Positions 49,322 through 59,600 of a stretch of 64,000 bases of DNA are shown here, piece by piece. The position numbers and the translations under genes were made by a program. The notes under the pieces were generated by a model. It ran no database searches. It had not been told where the DNA came from and saw only the letters and a program-made list of their open reading frames with translations. The stretch's first letter is position 1, and the number at the start of each line of letters is the position of its first letter. The stretch is from Candidatus Binatia bacterium (GTDB taxonomy: Bacteria > Desulfobacterota > Binatia > Bin18): positions 3,744,001-3,808,000 of the forward strand of contig OY761159.2 in the NCBI GenBank assembly GCA_963664395.2. Direction: 5' to 3'.

Positions 49322-51310
49322 ATGGACAAGCTTTCGTATCATATCTGCGGCCTGACGGTCGCGTTGCTCGTCTGGACGGTGGGCGTCGCGCCCGCACAGA
49401 CGCCATCCGCCACACCGCAAGCCGAGTCGAACGGTGCCGACCGGCCCCTCAGGCTGGACACCATCATCGTCACGGCGTCCAAGCTGGAAGAATTGGTCTC
49501 GCAGACCGCGAATGCGGTGACGGTGCTGACGCAGGAAGAGATCGCGCAACGCCAGACTACCGACGTGTTCGAACAGTTGCGTGAGGTGCCGGGGATGACC
49601 TTCGTCTCGTCAGGCGGACGCGGCGGCGCTACGTCCCTCTTTACGCGTGGCGGCGAGTCCGACCACAACTTGATTTTGATAGACGGCGTGAAGGTTAATC
49701 AGGCGGGCGGGGCTTTCAACTTCAACGACCTGACGACCCTCGGCGTGGGCCGCATCGAGGTGGTACGCGGCCCGCAGAGCGCCCTGTATGGCTCTGACGC
49801 CATGAGTTCGGTCATTCAACTCCTGACGCTGCGTGGACAGGGACCGGCGCGCGCAACACTGGGCTTCCGGGCGGGCAACCCCGACACCTTCGAGGAACGC
49901 GCCGGTGTCTCGGGCGGGACGCGCCGGTACGGCTACAACCTTGCAATCGGACGGGTCGACAGCGAGGGCCTGCTGGCGATCAACAACGACTTCAGCAACA
50001 CGACCCTTGCGGCGCGATTCGACCTCGACCCCCACGACGCCCTGCAACTCACGACGACCGTCCGCTACATCGACAGCCGGTTTCATTTTCCGACCAACTC
50101 CGGCGACCTTATCGACCGGCGCAACAACGAGCTGGACCCGCGGGCGTACACCGACAGCCGCCGCCTGATCCTCGGACCGCGCGCCGTCTACCAGCCCGTC
50201 GCCTGGTGGCGACACAGCCTGCAACTCGGGCTGTTGTACGACTGGCAACTCTATCGTGACCCAAAAGACGAAGGTATCGATTTCGGGGCCTACGTCAGCA
50301 AGGACAGCCAATATCGCTTGTCCGCCGACTATTCCTCCGACTTTTTCCTGCCGGTCCTGTACGGCCTAGCGCCCGTCTTCACTCTCGGTGGCTCGGTCGA
50401 AAGTGAGCACTACGACCAGAAGACAACGTACGGCGGACTCGTCGTCAGCCGCAACGCGCAGTCGTTTTATTCCCAACTCCGCTTGGCGTGGCGTGACACG
50501 CTGTTCGTCACGTCCGGGTTCCGCGTGGACGACGCGTTTACGTACGGGACTCATGTAAACCCGCGCACCTCGGCAGCCTTTGTGGTGCCCGGCCTTAACA
50601 CCAAGCTGCGCGGTGGCTATAGCCAGGGCCTCAAAGCCGCCAGTTTTTACGAAAACTTCAGCAACTCCGCATTCTCCCGCGGCGATCCCAACCTGAAACC
50701 GGAAGAATCCAGGAGCTGGGAACTCGGCTTGGACCAGCCGCTCGATCTGGCCGGATTGGGCGCCGCGTTGAGTCTGACCTGGTTTTCCACCACGCATAAG
50801 AACCTGATTGCGTATGCCTTTACAGACGCGCCCGCACCGACCTTTCTCAACGTCCAGCGTACCCGCAGCCGAGGGCTCGAAGCCGGCGCCCGCACTTCAC
50901 TACCCTACGGCTTCTCGGTGCGCGGCTCGTACACGTATCTGGAGACCAAAGTCCTCGACGGCCCGGCAAACGGAGCGTACACACAAGGCGGGCCGTTGAT
51001 TCGGCGGCCCAAGCATGTCGGGTCGTTGACGCTGAACTACGCCGGTGCGCGTCTGAACGCCAACCTTCATTTGTATCTCAAAGGCAACGTCTCCGAGTAT
51101 AGTTTCGCCTCGGGCGGCAGCGTTCTGCACGATGGCTATGAGCGGGCGGACATAGCCGTGTCCTGGCTGCTGTTCGAGGACCGCTGGGGCATTCGTGCCC
51201 TGACCCTGGAGGGGAAGGTGAAGAATCTGTTTGACGCCAACTATCAGGAGGTCGTGAACTTCTCGTCTGCGGAGACGACGTTCCTGACCGGGTTCCGGGC
51301 GGAGTTCTGA
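49322..51310 (+). CDS. btuB: TonB-dependent cobalamin receptor
   Basis: Signal peptide, DTIIVTA TonB box, LILIDG, RIEVVRGPQSALYG, C-terminal F; riboswitch context. Confidence 0.88.
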   Translation: MDKLSYHICGLTVALLVWTVGVAPAQTPSATPQAESNGADRPLRLDTIIVTASKLEELVSQTANAVTVLTQEEIAQRQTTDVFEQLREVPGMTFVSSGGRGGATSLFTRGGESDHNLILIDGVKVNQAGGAFNFNDLTTLGVGRIEVVRGPQSALYGSDAMSSVIQLLTLRGQGPARATLGFRAGNPDTFEERAGVSGGTRRYGYNLAIGRVDSEGLLAINNDFSNTTLAARFDLDPHDALQLTTTVRYIDSRFHFPTNSGDLIDRRNNELDPRAYTDSRRLILGPRAVYQPVAWWRHSLQLGLLYDWQLYRDPKDEGIDFGAYVSKDSQYRLSADYSSDFFLPVLYGLAPVFTLGGSVESEHYDQKTTYGGLVVSRNAQSFYSQLRLAWRDTLFVTSGFRVDDAFTYGTHVNPRTSAAFVVPGLNTKLRGGYSQGLKAASFYENFSNSAFSRGDPNLKPEESRSWELGLDQPLDLAGLGAALSLTWFSTTHKNLIAYAFTDAPAPTFLNVQRTRSRGLEAGARTSLPYGFSVRGSYTYLETKVLDGPANGAYTQGGPLIRRPKHVGSLTLNYAGARLNANLHLYLKGNVSEYSFASGGSVLHDGYERADIAVSWLLFEDRWGIRALTLEGKVKNLFDANYQEVVNFSSAETTFLTGFRAEF

Positions 51311-51336
51311 AGGGAATTTGGGAATAAGGGGCCGCT

Positions 51337-51364
51337 GTAGGGGCCATTCCTGCATTGCCCCTAC
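51337..51364. repeat. GTAG-type REP-like palindrome
   Basis: GTAGGGGCCATTCCTGCATTGCCCCTAC. Confidence 0.7.
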
Positions 51365-51380
51365 GATTCGAGATGTACAT

Positions 51381-52322
51381 ATGATGTTCACACGTTTGGC
51401 AATCGGAGGAATTATTACCGCTCTGCTCAGCCTCTTGGTCTACCGTCCCCACACGCTGTATGGCGCGCTTGCTCCGCCCACCTTCCCTCCCCAACGTATC
51501 GTCTCTCTCTCTCTTACGGCAGATGAGATATTGCTCGCTTTGCTCCCGCCGGAACGTATTGCCGCCCTGACACATCTGGCGGATAACGCGACCTATTCCA
51601 ATGTGGTCGCCGAGGCCCAGGCGGTGCCGCATAGAGTCCAAGCCAATGCTGAACAAGTGATTGCCCTACAGCCGGACTTAGTGGTGGTATCCGCCTCCGC
51701 GTATACCGGCGGGACGGCCAAATCTCTCCTCCGGCAAACCGGCATTCCGCTCTTCCCGCTCCAGTGGTATGAATCGCTCTCAGGCATCCAGCAGAGCATC
51801 CTAGAGATCGGACACGCCGTTGGAGAAGAACAGAAAGCCCGCGCGCTCGTCGCTGATATGAAGCAGCGTATCCGTACAGTCCGGAGCCGCGTGGCCGACG
51901 CCTACCACCCCCGCGTCCTCTATTTTGCGCCTGACAGCTTTACCGCAGGCAGGAAGACTAATATAGACGCAATGATGACGATCGCCGGCGGGCGGAACAT
52001 CGCGGCCATGGCGGGTATAGAGTATTTCCGAAAAATATCCCACGAAACCCTGGTGATGATGAATCCTGAGGTTATTCTGTTGAGCCACGATCCTCAGTCG
52101 GCTGCCCCACAAGAAGCCTATCAATGGCTCTACGCCAATCCCGCTCTCCAGGATGTTGCCGCAATTCAGCAGGAACGGGTGTACGCTGTTCCCCGACCGT
52201 ATCTGGATGTATTGTCGCACAACGTCATAAAAGGGGTAGAAGCGATCGCCCGGCTGTTGCATCCTGACGCTTTTTCGCAGGATAGCGCTGCTACTGGCGT
52301 CGCTGCGAATGGAGCCTCGTGA
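51381..52322 (+). CDS. btuF: Cobalamin ABC transporter substrate-binding protein
   Basis: PQRIVSL, E.VIALQPDLV, PEVI; operon context. Confidence 0.8.
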   Translation: MMFTRLAIGGIITALLSLLVYRPHTLYGALAPPTFPPQRIVSLSLTADEILLALLPPERIAALTHLADNATYSNVVAEAQAVPHRVQANAEQVIALQPDLVVVSASAYTGGTAKSLLRQTGIPLFPLQWYESLSGIQQSILEIGHAVGEEQKARALVADMKQRIRTVRSRVADAYHPRVLYFAPDSFTAGRKTNIDAMMTIAGGRNIAAMAGIEYFRKISHETLVMMNPEVILLSHDPQSAAPQEAYQWLYANPALQDVAAIQQERVYAVPRPYLDVLSHNVIKGVEAIARLLHPDAFSQDSAATGVAANGAS

Positions 52323-53398
52323 GTTCATCAACACAATCTTTGCCCCTTTCTCATGCGTCAGCCGCTGTCTGGAAAAAGAGCTGGCTGATCCCCTTCTTCG
52401 GCCTCGTGTTGTTCGCTTCGATAGCCGTTGCGACAGCCTTGGGTACGGTTGCTATTCCGCTTTCCACAACCACTCGTTTGCTGGCGCAAGGACTCCTGCA
52501 ACTTCCTGTTGAAGGCGATGAACGAGCGCTGGCCACGATTGTCTATTTACTCCGCCTCCCTAGAGTCCTGGCGGCTGCCCTGGTTGGCGCGAGCCTGGCC
52601 CTGGCCGGGACGATGATGCAAGGCTTGTTTCGCAATCCACTCGCCGATGCCGGCTTGATAGGCGTATCGAGCGGGGGGGCACTGGGCGGAGCACTGGCGA
52701 TTAGTTCCGGCTTCGCTGTTGGCTCGTCTTTTCTGCTGCCATGCGCAACCTTTGCTGGCGCGCTGCTGTCCGCGTTTGGGGTCTACCTGTTTGCCGCGCG
52801 TCAGGGCCGGACATCGCTCGCGAATCTGCTTCTGGTCGGTATCGCGGTCAATGCTATCTGGGGCTCACTCACAACGCTGATTCTCAGCTTAGCCAAGGAC
52901 TATGAGATTTCCAGACAAATCTTCTTTTGGCTCATGGGTGGTTTGGACGGGCGCGGCTGGGCACATGTCCAAATGGTGTTCCCCTTTGCTGCTATTGGTC
53001 TTCTGCCGGCTTTCTTTCTGAGCCGCGACCTGAACATCCTGTTGCTGGGCGAAGAAACGGCGCTGAGTCTGGGGCTCAACGTTGAATATGCCAAGCGTAT
53101 CCTCCTGGTTTTTGCGTCGCTGCTGGCTGGTGCTGCCGTTGCCATTGCGGGCACTATTAGTTTTGTGGGCCTCGTCATTCCCCATATGATGCGTCTTATT
53201 CTGGGGCCGAACCATCGTCTGCTACTCCCTGGGGCGGCCCTGGGAGGCGCGGCGTTTCTCGTCTGGTGCGATTTGTTTGCCCGAATGGTTATTCCCTCTG
53301 TAGAACTCCAGCTCGGCGTGATTACTGCTGTTGTCGGTGCCCCGCTCTTTTTACATCTCTTGCTTCGACAGGATAAAGCCCAGCGCAACCCAGCGTGA
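52319..53398 (+). CDS. btuC: Cobalamin/FecCD ABC permease
   Basis: RLPR, QGLFRNPLA, GEETALSLG, FVGLVIPH. Confidence 0.85.
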   Translation: MSSSTQSLPLSHASAAVWKKSWLIPFFGLVLFASIAVATALGTVAIPLSTTTRLLAQGLLQLPVEGDERALATIVYLLRLPRVLAAALVGASLALAGTMMQGLFRNPLADAGLIGVSSGGALGGALAISSGFAVGSSFLLPCATFAGALLSAFGVYLFAARQGRTSLANLLLVGIAVNAIWGSLTTLILSLAKDYEISRQIFFWLMGGLDGRGWAHVQMVFPFAAIGLLPAFFLSRDLNILLLGEETALSLGLNVEYAKRILLVFASLLAGAAVAIAGTISFVGLVIPHMMRLILGPNHRLLLPGAALGGAAFLVWCDLFARMVIPSVELQLGVITAVVGAPLFLHLLLRQDKAQRNPA

Positions 53399-54201
53399 CA
53401 AGTATGCCCACTTCGGCCTTTGCTCTCCAACACATCCGCTACACACCTGATAATACGCTGATTCTGGATGATGTCTCGATCGACGTGTCCCCCGGACAAT
53501 GGGTTGGTATCCTCGGTCCCAATGGGGCCGGGAAATCAACGCTCCTGCGTATCATGGCTGGTGTGTTACCGGCTTCGGCTGGGGTGGTGCTGTTTGCCGG
53601 AAAGGCGCTGGAGCAGTGGTCCGGCCGGGAACGTGCCAGGCAGGTCGCCTTTCTCCCGCAGCGCACTGACTTGTCTTTCCCCTTTCAAGTCCGAGAAGTT
53701 GTGGCCCTGGGTCGCTCGCCCTATCTTGAGCGCTGGCAAAGCGAAGGCGTGGAAGACGAGGAGATCATTGAGCAGGCCATGCAGCTCACCGAAATATCTC
53801 AGCTTGCCGACCGGAATGTGCTTACCTTGTCGGCTGGCGAATTCCAACGGGTGATGCTCGCGCGCGTGCTGGCGCAAAAACCTGCCTTTCTCCTGCTTGA
53901 CGAACCAACAACGAATTTGGATATGCGGCATCAGTTTGCGGTCGTTGACGTCCTGACCTCGTGCGTTCAACACGGGACTACTGTAGTGAGCGTACTCCAT
54001 GACTTGAACCTGGCGGCGTCTGCCTGTGCCTCTGTCGTGCTGCTCCAGGCCGGACGGGTCCATGCGGCCGGCACGCCCCGGGCTGTCTTGACTGTTGACG
54101 CCATCCGCGCTGTGTATGATGTAGATATCGCGTTAGGGGAAAACCCGGAGACGGGGGCACTCCAAATTATTCCGCTTCGCGCTGCCCGGTCTTCTAGCTG
54201 A
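53395..54201 (+). CDS. btuD: ABC transporter ATPase
   Basis: GPNGAGKS, LSAGE, LLLDEPT, HDLN. Confidence 0.85.
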   Translation: MTSMPTSAFALQHIRYTPDNTLILDDVSIDVSPGQWVGILGPNGAGKSTLLRIMAGVLPASAGVVLFAGKALEQWSGRERARQVAFLPQRTDLSFPFQVREVVALGRSPYLERWQSEGVEDEEIIEQAMQLTEISQLADRNVLTLSAGEFQRVMLARVLAQKPAFLLLDEPTTNLDMRHQFAVVDVLTSCVQHGTTVVSVLHDLNLAASACASVVLLQAGRVHAAGTPRAVLTVDAIRAVYDVDIALGENPETGALQIIPLRAARSSS

Positions 54202-54283
54202 ACAGGGCCGCGCCTCGGATTCGGACCGTTTCGACCTCGGCTGGAAGCACGACCAAGGACGCCGGTATCAGTGAGGAGGACTC

Positions 54284-54784
54284 ATGGACCCACTGCCGTC
54301 TGACAAACTCGTTCACCCGCCCAAACCGCACCCGCGGCTGCTACAGCGGCTCGAATTTCTGGTCGGACGCTTTCAAGGCGAGGGGAGCTACTCGAAAGGC
54401 AGTCGGCGATTTCACAAAGATGTGGTCGGAGCGTGGGAAGCTGGCGGTCAATTTCTTTCCCTGCGCATGCGGGTGGTCTACCCCTTCAAAGATGGCCTTT
54501 TAGACGTGCACGAAGCCTGTGTGATGGTAGGCTTTCATGCTACGAGCCAACAGCTCGAAGCCCGCGCCTACACGGATGGGGGAGGGCTGGTTGACTACGA
54601 GCTGACCTACGATGGACACAGCCTCTCTTTCCCGGACCGCCCACCTGAGCATCAGTCTCATGCCAAGCGGGCGCGGAAGATTCTGAGTCCGCACGAAACC
54701 GGTTTTGAAGAGCGGCTTGAGGTTGATTATGGGACAGGTGCATTTGAGCCGTATGCGCTCGTTCTGATGCAGCGACAAGGATAA
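54284..54784 (+). CDS. Hypothetical protein, predicted beta-rich fold
   Basis: GAGGAGG RBS; L..LEFLVG.FQGEG start and alternating strand pattern. Confidence 0.65.
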   Translation: MDPLPSDKLVHPPKPHPRLLQRLEFLVGRFQGEGSYSKGSRRFHKDVVGAWEAGGQFLSLRMRVVYPFKDGLLDVHEACVMVGFHATSQQLEARAYTDGGGLVDYELTYDGHSLSFPDRPPEHQSHAKRARKILSPHETGFEERLEVDYGTGAFEPYALVLMQRQG

Positions 54785-55020
54785 CGCTATTCAGGAATGC
54801 GTTTTTCATTCTTGCTGTAATGGCTCTGTCCTTGATTTGGCCCTGTATTCAGCAGTGAAATTCCGATAACGAGTACCCGCTGCGGTGCGTCAGGGGCCTT
54901 GCCCGTCCTGGTAGGACTGGTAGTTGATAGGGGCAAATGAGACAGCTCTTTCAGTCACCGTACCTGACCATGTTCATACCACTGGATAGAATCTAGGGCA
55001 GGTGTTGGAAAGGAGAAGGA

Positions 55021-55521
55021 ATGTTACATCATCAATTGAAATATGTCGTTCTGAGTGTGCTCGTTCTGCTTGTCGCCGGCTGCGCGCCCGCACCGGCGGA
55101 AGACCCCATATCTCAATTGAAGGCGCGAAACGTGAAATATAGTGAAAAGACGTTTCGGAGCCGGGCGCAGATGGGTGATCTGAAATCTGTACAGCTTATG
55201 CTCGAAGCTGGCATGGACCCGAATGTCGCGGGGGCGTATGGAGAAACGGCTCTCCGGTATGCCGCGTCGAATGGCAAGATCGAAATTGTCAATGCGTTGC
55301 TCGAAGCGGGGGCGGATGTCAACATTGAAGATAAGGACGGATTCACACCGCTGCGCTATGCGGCATACAACGGCCATAGGGATATCGTTGAGGCCCTATT
55401 AGCGAAAGGGGCCGACGTGAATGGTAGAAGTGGAGATGGCTGGACGCCTGAGGTAGTCGCTATGGGCCGGGGCTATCCTGAGATCGTTCGGCTCCTCAAA
55501 GAGGCGCAGTCGCAAGGGTAA
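55021..55521 (+). CDS. Ankyrin-repeat lipoprotein
   Basis: Lipobox LVAG-C; GETAL..AA..G, GFTPL..AA..GH..LL..GADVN repeats. Confidence 0.9.
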   Translation: MLHHQLKYVVLSVLVLLVAGCAPAPAEDPISQLKARNVKYSEKTFRSRAQMGDLKSVQLMLEAGMDPNVAGAYGETALRYAASNGKIEIVNALLEAGADVNIEDKDGFTPLRYAAYNGHRDIVEALLAKGADVNGRSGDGWTPEVVAMGRGYPEIVRLLKEAQSQG

Positions 55522-55614
55522 TACCTGAACAATAAGAGGGGCGGGACACCTGCATCTCCGCATTGACCCTCTTTCGTTTTTTCTTCTTCCCTTGCGGGGA
55601 ATAGTATTGCCCCT

Positions 55615-56628
55615 ATGGACCCGCACGAACAACGTATTCAAACCATTTGCTTGCTCATTGTAAGTACTGTGGCTGTGGCTGCGGCCCTGTATTGGCTGCG
55701 GCCCGTTCTGGTACCCTTTGTCTTGGCCGTTTTTATTGCCTGCGGTCTGCTTCCTCTGGTCGAATTCCAGGTCCATCACCTGCGTCTGCCACATCTCGTC
55801 GCGGTGGGTTCAACCCTGATTATCGGAGTGGTGATCCTCGGTAGCCTTGGCCTGCTCATCTCAACCTCGGTGAGTCAATTACAAGCGAATGCCGATGTCT
55901 ACCAGCAACAAATCGAGCTGCTCATTGCAAAAATTTCGTCTCTCCTCCCAGCCAGTACGCTTCGCACTGAAGGAAACCCGTTCACACAATTACCTCTTGG
56001 CAACGTCAGTAGCGTGCTCCTGCATACCACGAATGCCATAGTCGGCCTGATATCGCAGGGGTTGCTCGTCCTGATTTTTGTCTTGTATCTGCTGCTTGGC
56101 GGTGCGTGGCAAAACGGGGAAACTGGTGGTACCTGGGCGGAGATTAAGGCGCGGGTCGAACACTACATAGTGACCAAGGCTCTGATTTCGCTTGCCACCG
56201 GAGTCCTGGTTGGGCTCACCCTGGCTGTCCTCGGCATCGATCTGGCACTTGTCTTTGGTTTGCTCGCATTTCTGCTCAATTTCATTCCTAGCGTGGGGTC
56301 GATTATAGCGACCTTACTCCCCTTGCCCGTTGTCGTCGTGAGCCCGGATATCTCGGCCACAACCGCAACCCTGGCTATTCTCCTACCGGGCCTGATTCAA
56401 ATCGTTATCGGCAATATCATCGAACCCAAGGTCATGGGGGAAGCACTCGACCTGCATCCGATCGTCATTCTCATGACCTTGATCGTGTGGGGCATGCTGT
56501 GGGGTGTTGTCGGCATGCTGCTGGCAACGCCAATGACAGCTATTCTTAAAATTCTGTTTGAGAAGCTCGAACCCACGGCTCCGGTCGCCCAGGTTTTAGC
56601 CGGACGGCTCGACAGGCTTCGCTCGTGA
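55615..56628 (+). CDS. AI-2E family transporter
   Basis: LVPFVLA, LNFIPSVG, GNIIEP, LHP, WG.LWG..G..LATP. Confidence 0.92.
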   Translation: MDPHEQRIQTICLLIVSTVAVAAALYWLRPVLVPFVLAVFIACGLLPLVEFQVHHLRLPHLVAVGSTLIIGVVILGSLGLLISTSVSQLQANADVYQQQIELLIAKISSLLPASTLRTEGNPFTQLPLGNVSSVLLHTTNAIVGLISQGLLVLIFVLYLLLGGAWQNGETGGTWAEIKARVEHYIVTKALISLATGVLVGLTLAVLGIDLALVFGLLAFLLNFIPSVGSIIATLLPLPVVVVSPDISATTATLAILLPGLIQIVIGNIIEPKVMGEALDLHPIVILMTLIVWGMLWGVVGMLLATPMTAILKILFEKLEPTAPVAQVLAGRLDRLRS

Positions 56629-56686
56629 GGGTGGGCTGGAAGAACGGGGGTGCCTCTACACACTCCTCGGGAGGGGACTCACCAAC

Positions 56687-59600
56687 ATGCATAAATATAA
56701 CGGACGCTATTGCTACAGCCCGACAGACCTGAACGAATTTATTGTCTCACCGTTTGCGACGTGGATGTCGCGCTATGCCCTGGACTATTCTGACGATCTG
56801 GCTCAGCCTGACCCCGAACCGCTGCTACTGACCACACTGGCCGAACGGGGACGCCAGCATGAACAGGCATGTCTGGCGCAGCTTCAACAAGAGGGCCATG
56901 AGATATATACGCCGCCTGCCGGCCGGAACCAAGCTGAGCGGGTTCAGGCCACAATAGCGGCAATGCAGGCCGGCCGCGAAGTCATTTATCAGGGCTACCT
57001 GTATCAGGGCTACCTGTATCAGGGCTGCCTGCAAAACCACCCGGTCCGAAACGCTCCGCACGATGACGCTCCACCCGCTTATCTGCTCGGCCAGCCCGAC
57101 TTTCTGGTGCGGACTGATGGTGCGTCTGCTCTGGGCAACTATCGCTACGAAGTGTGGGATGCCAAATTGGCCATGCAGCCGAGTCCGGCGTTTATGATTC
57201 AACTCTGCTGCTATGCCGATATGCTGCGGACAGCTCAGGAGCGGTGGCCGGATTCGATAGTCCTCTGGCTCGGTTCTGGTGAACGGCGCCGCTTTCGGAC
57301 CGCTGACTTTATCTACTACTACCTGGTCCTGAAACGTGTCTTTCTTGCCTACATGCAGCATTTTGATCCGGATGTTCAACCCAGCCCGGAGCTTGGCGGA
57401 GACTACGGCCGTTGGACTTCACACGCCGCACAGCTGCTTGAGAGAGCAGACCATCTGAGCCGGGTAGCCAATATCAGCGTGAGCCAGATTCAGAAACTTA
57501 ACGCGGCCGGCATCCCTACGCTCACGTCCCTGGCAGAGTCTGCGCTGAGGCATGTCCCAAGAGTTGATGACGCCGTTTTTGCCCGGCTCAAAGAACAGGC
57601 GCAGTTGCAATCTGCCTCAGTCGGTGCCGAACAGCCTGCCTATCGGATTCTTATACCTGACCCGCCGTCACAGCGTCGCGGATTGGCATTGCTGCCTCCG
57701 GCATCTCCGGGCGATATTTTTTTTGACATGGAGGGCTATCCGCTGGTGAAAGGCGGGCTGGAATATCTCTTTGGCGCGCTTTCGCTCAATGACGGTCTGT
57801 TCCACGACTGGTGGGCGCATACCAGCGATCAAGAACGGCAGGCCTTTTGTGGTTTTATCGATTGGGCCTACGCCCGCTGGCAGGCCGACCCCACTATGCA
57901 CATTTACCATTACGCCAATTATGAGGTGGCTGCGCTGCGGCGGTTGATGGGCCGCTATGGCAGCCGAGAAGCCGAAGTTGATATGCTCCTCCGCCACGAA
58001 GTCTGTGTGGACGTATACGCCGTTGTCCGGCACGGCGTACGGGTCGGCGAGCCGCACTATTCGATCAAAAACCTTGAGCATTTATACCGGCCCGCACGGG
58101 CGGGAGAGGTGACGAGTGCTGTTGACTCAATCGCTGCCTACGAACACTGGCTGGCCAGTGGCGAAGCGCAAGACTGGTCAGCCTCTCCGCTGCTCCAAGC
58201 GATCCGCGCCTATAACCGAGATGACTGTGAGTCAACGTGGCAACTGACCTGTTGGCTCCGAGAGCGCCAGCAGGAAGCCGGAATTGCCTGGATACCGAAA
58301 CAGGCCGAGCCCCTGGAAGTTTCGGAAGTACCAGACCCCCTCGCCGACCCGGCCTCTCCCCAAGCCCTCGCCCAGACTCTGCTGGCGGAAATACCGCCAG
58401 CCCCGGAACGACACGCAGAAGCCGCGCGTTGGCAGACACAAGAGCTGCTTGGACACATGCTTGAATTTCACCGTCGGGAAGCGAAACCGAGTTGGTGGGC
58501 GATGTTTGACCGGCACGCCATGACTGAAGAAGAGCTTGTGCAAGACATCAACTGCCTGGGCGGTTTAACGCGGCTCTCACAGCCACCGGAACCAATCAAG
58601 CGCTCTCAAGGCTTTTGGTATGGCTTTGATCCTCATCAAGATACCAAGCTGGATGTAGGCGCACAGTGCTATTTTGCCCATGATCTTGAGGTGAAAGTAC
58701 CCATCCATGCCTTGGACCGGGAACGGGGACGTATCTGTCTCAAATTCGGTCCAAGTCGGCTGAAGCAGTTCTCGAACAGGCTGCCACCAGACTCGCTTGC
58801 TCTGATTCCGGATGAGTACGTCTCCGCTCAGGTGATTGAAGACGCCGTCCTGGATATCGTACAAGCCTGGCAGGAAAAGAACGACCTCCCAGCCGCCCTG
58901 CATGACTTTATCCTGCGTCGGCCCCCACGCTTGCAGCAACGTCGCAATCACGCTGACGACACGGCGCTGGTTGCCCCGGACACAGACCTCTCAGCCGCAG
59001 CAATCCAGCTCGCTGAAGTCCTTGATCATTCGACCCTGTGCGTACAAGGGCCACCCGGGAGTGGAAAAACGACCATTGCCGCGCGTATGATTCTTACGCT
59101 TTTGGACCAGGGGAAACGTATCGGCATCACCGCCAATAGCCACGCTGCAATTCTGAACCTCATGCGTACGTGTAAGGAGCTGCGTCAGGGACAACTCGCG
59201 TGTGTCAAAATCGGGGGATCAGCGCAGGGTCGTTTCTTTGAGTTGTGTCCCGAAGCGCGCTATGTCCCGCGCGTGCGAGATGTATTTTCACACCTGGAGC
59301 AGTTCCGGCTCATTGGTGGGACAGCCTGGGCTTTTAGCGATCCCGGGTTGCGGGGCAGGCTTGACTATCTCTTTGTGGACGAGGCCGGCCAGGTGTCTGT
59401 GGCTAATCTCATTGGCATGGCAGCGGCTACGAGCAATATCATTTTATTTGGCGATCAAATGCAGTTGGGTCAGCCCATCCAAGGCTCTCACCCTGGAGAA
59501 AGTGGGCTGTCCATTCTCGAATATCTGCTCCAGGGGAAGGCGACCATACCGCCCGATATGGGTGTGTTCTTAGGGACAACGTGGCGGCTGCATCCTGAGA

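Noticed and set aside
39884-56628. AHL lactonase plus AI-2E transporter as a quorum-sensing system
   Set aside because: 15 kb apart, both families have broad substrate ranges, and no synthase or receptor gene is present
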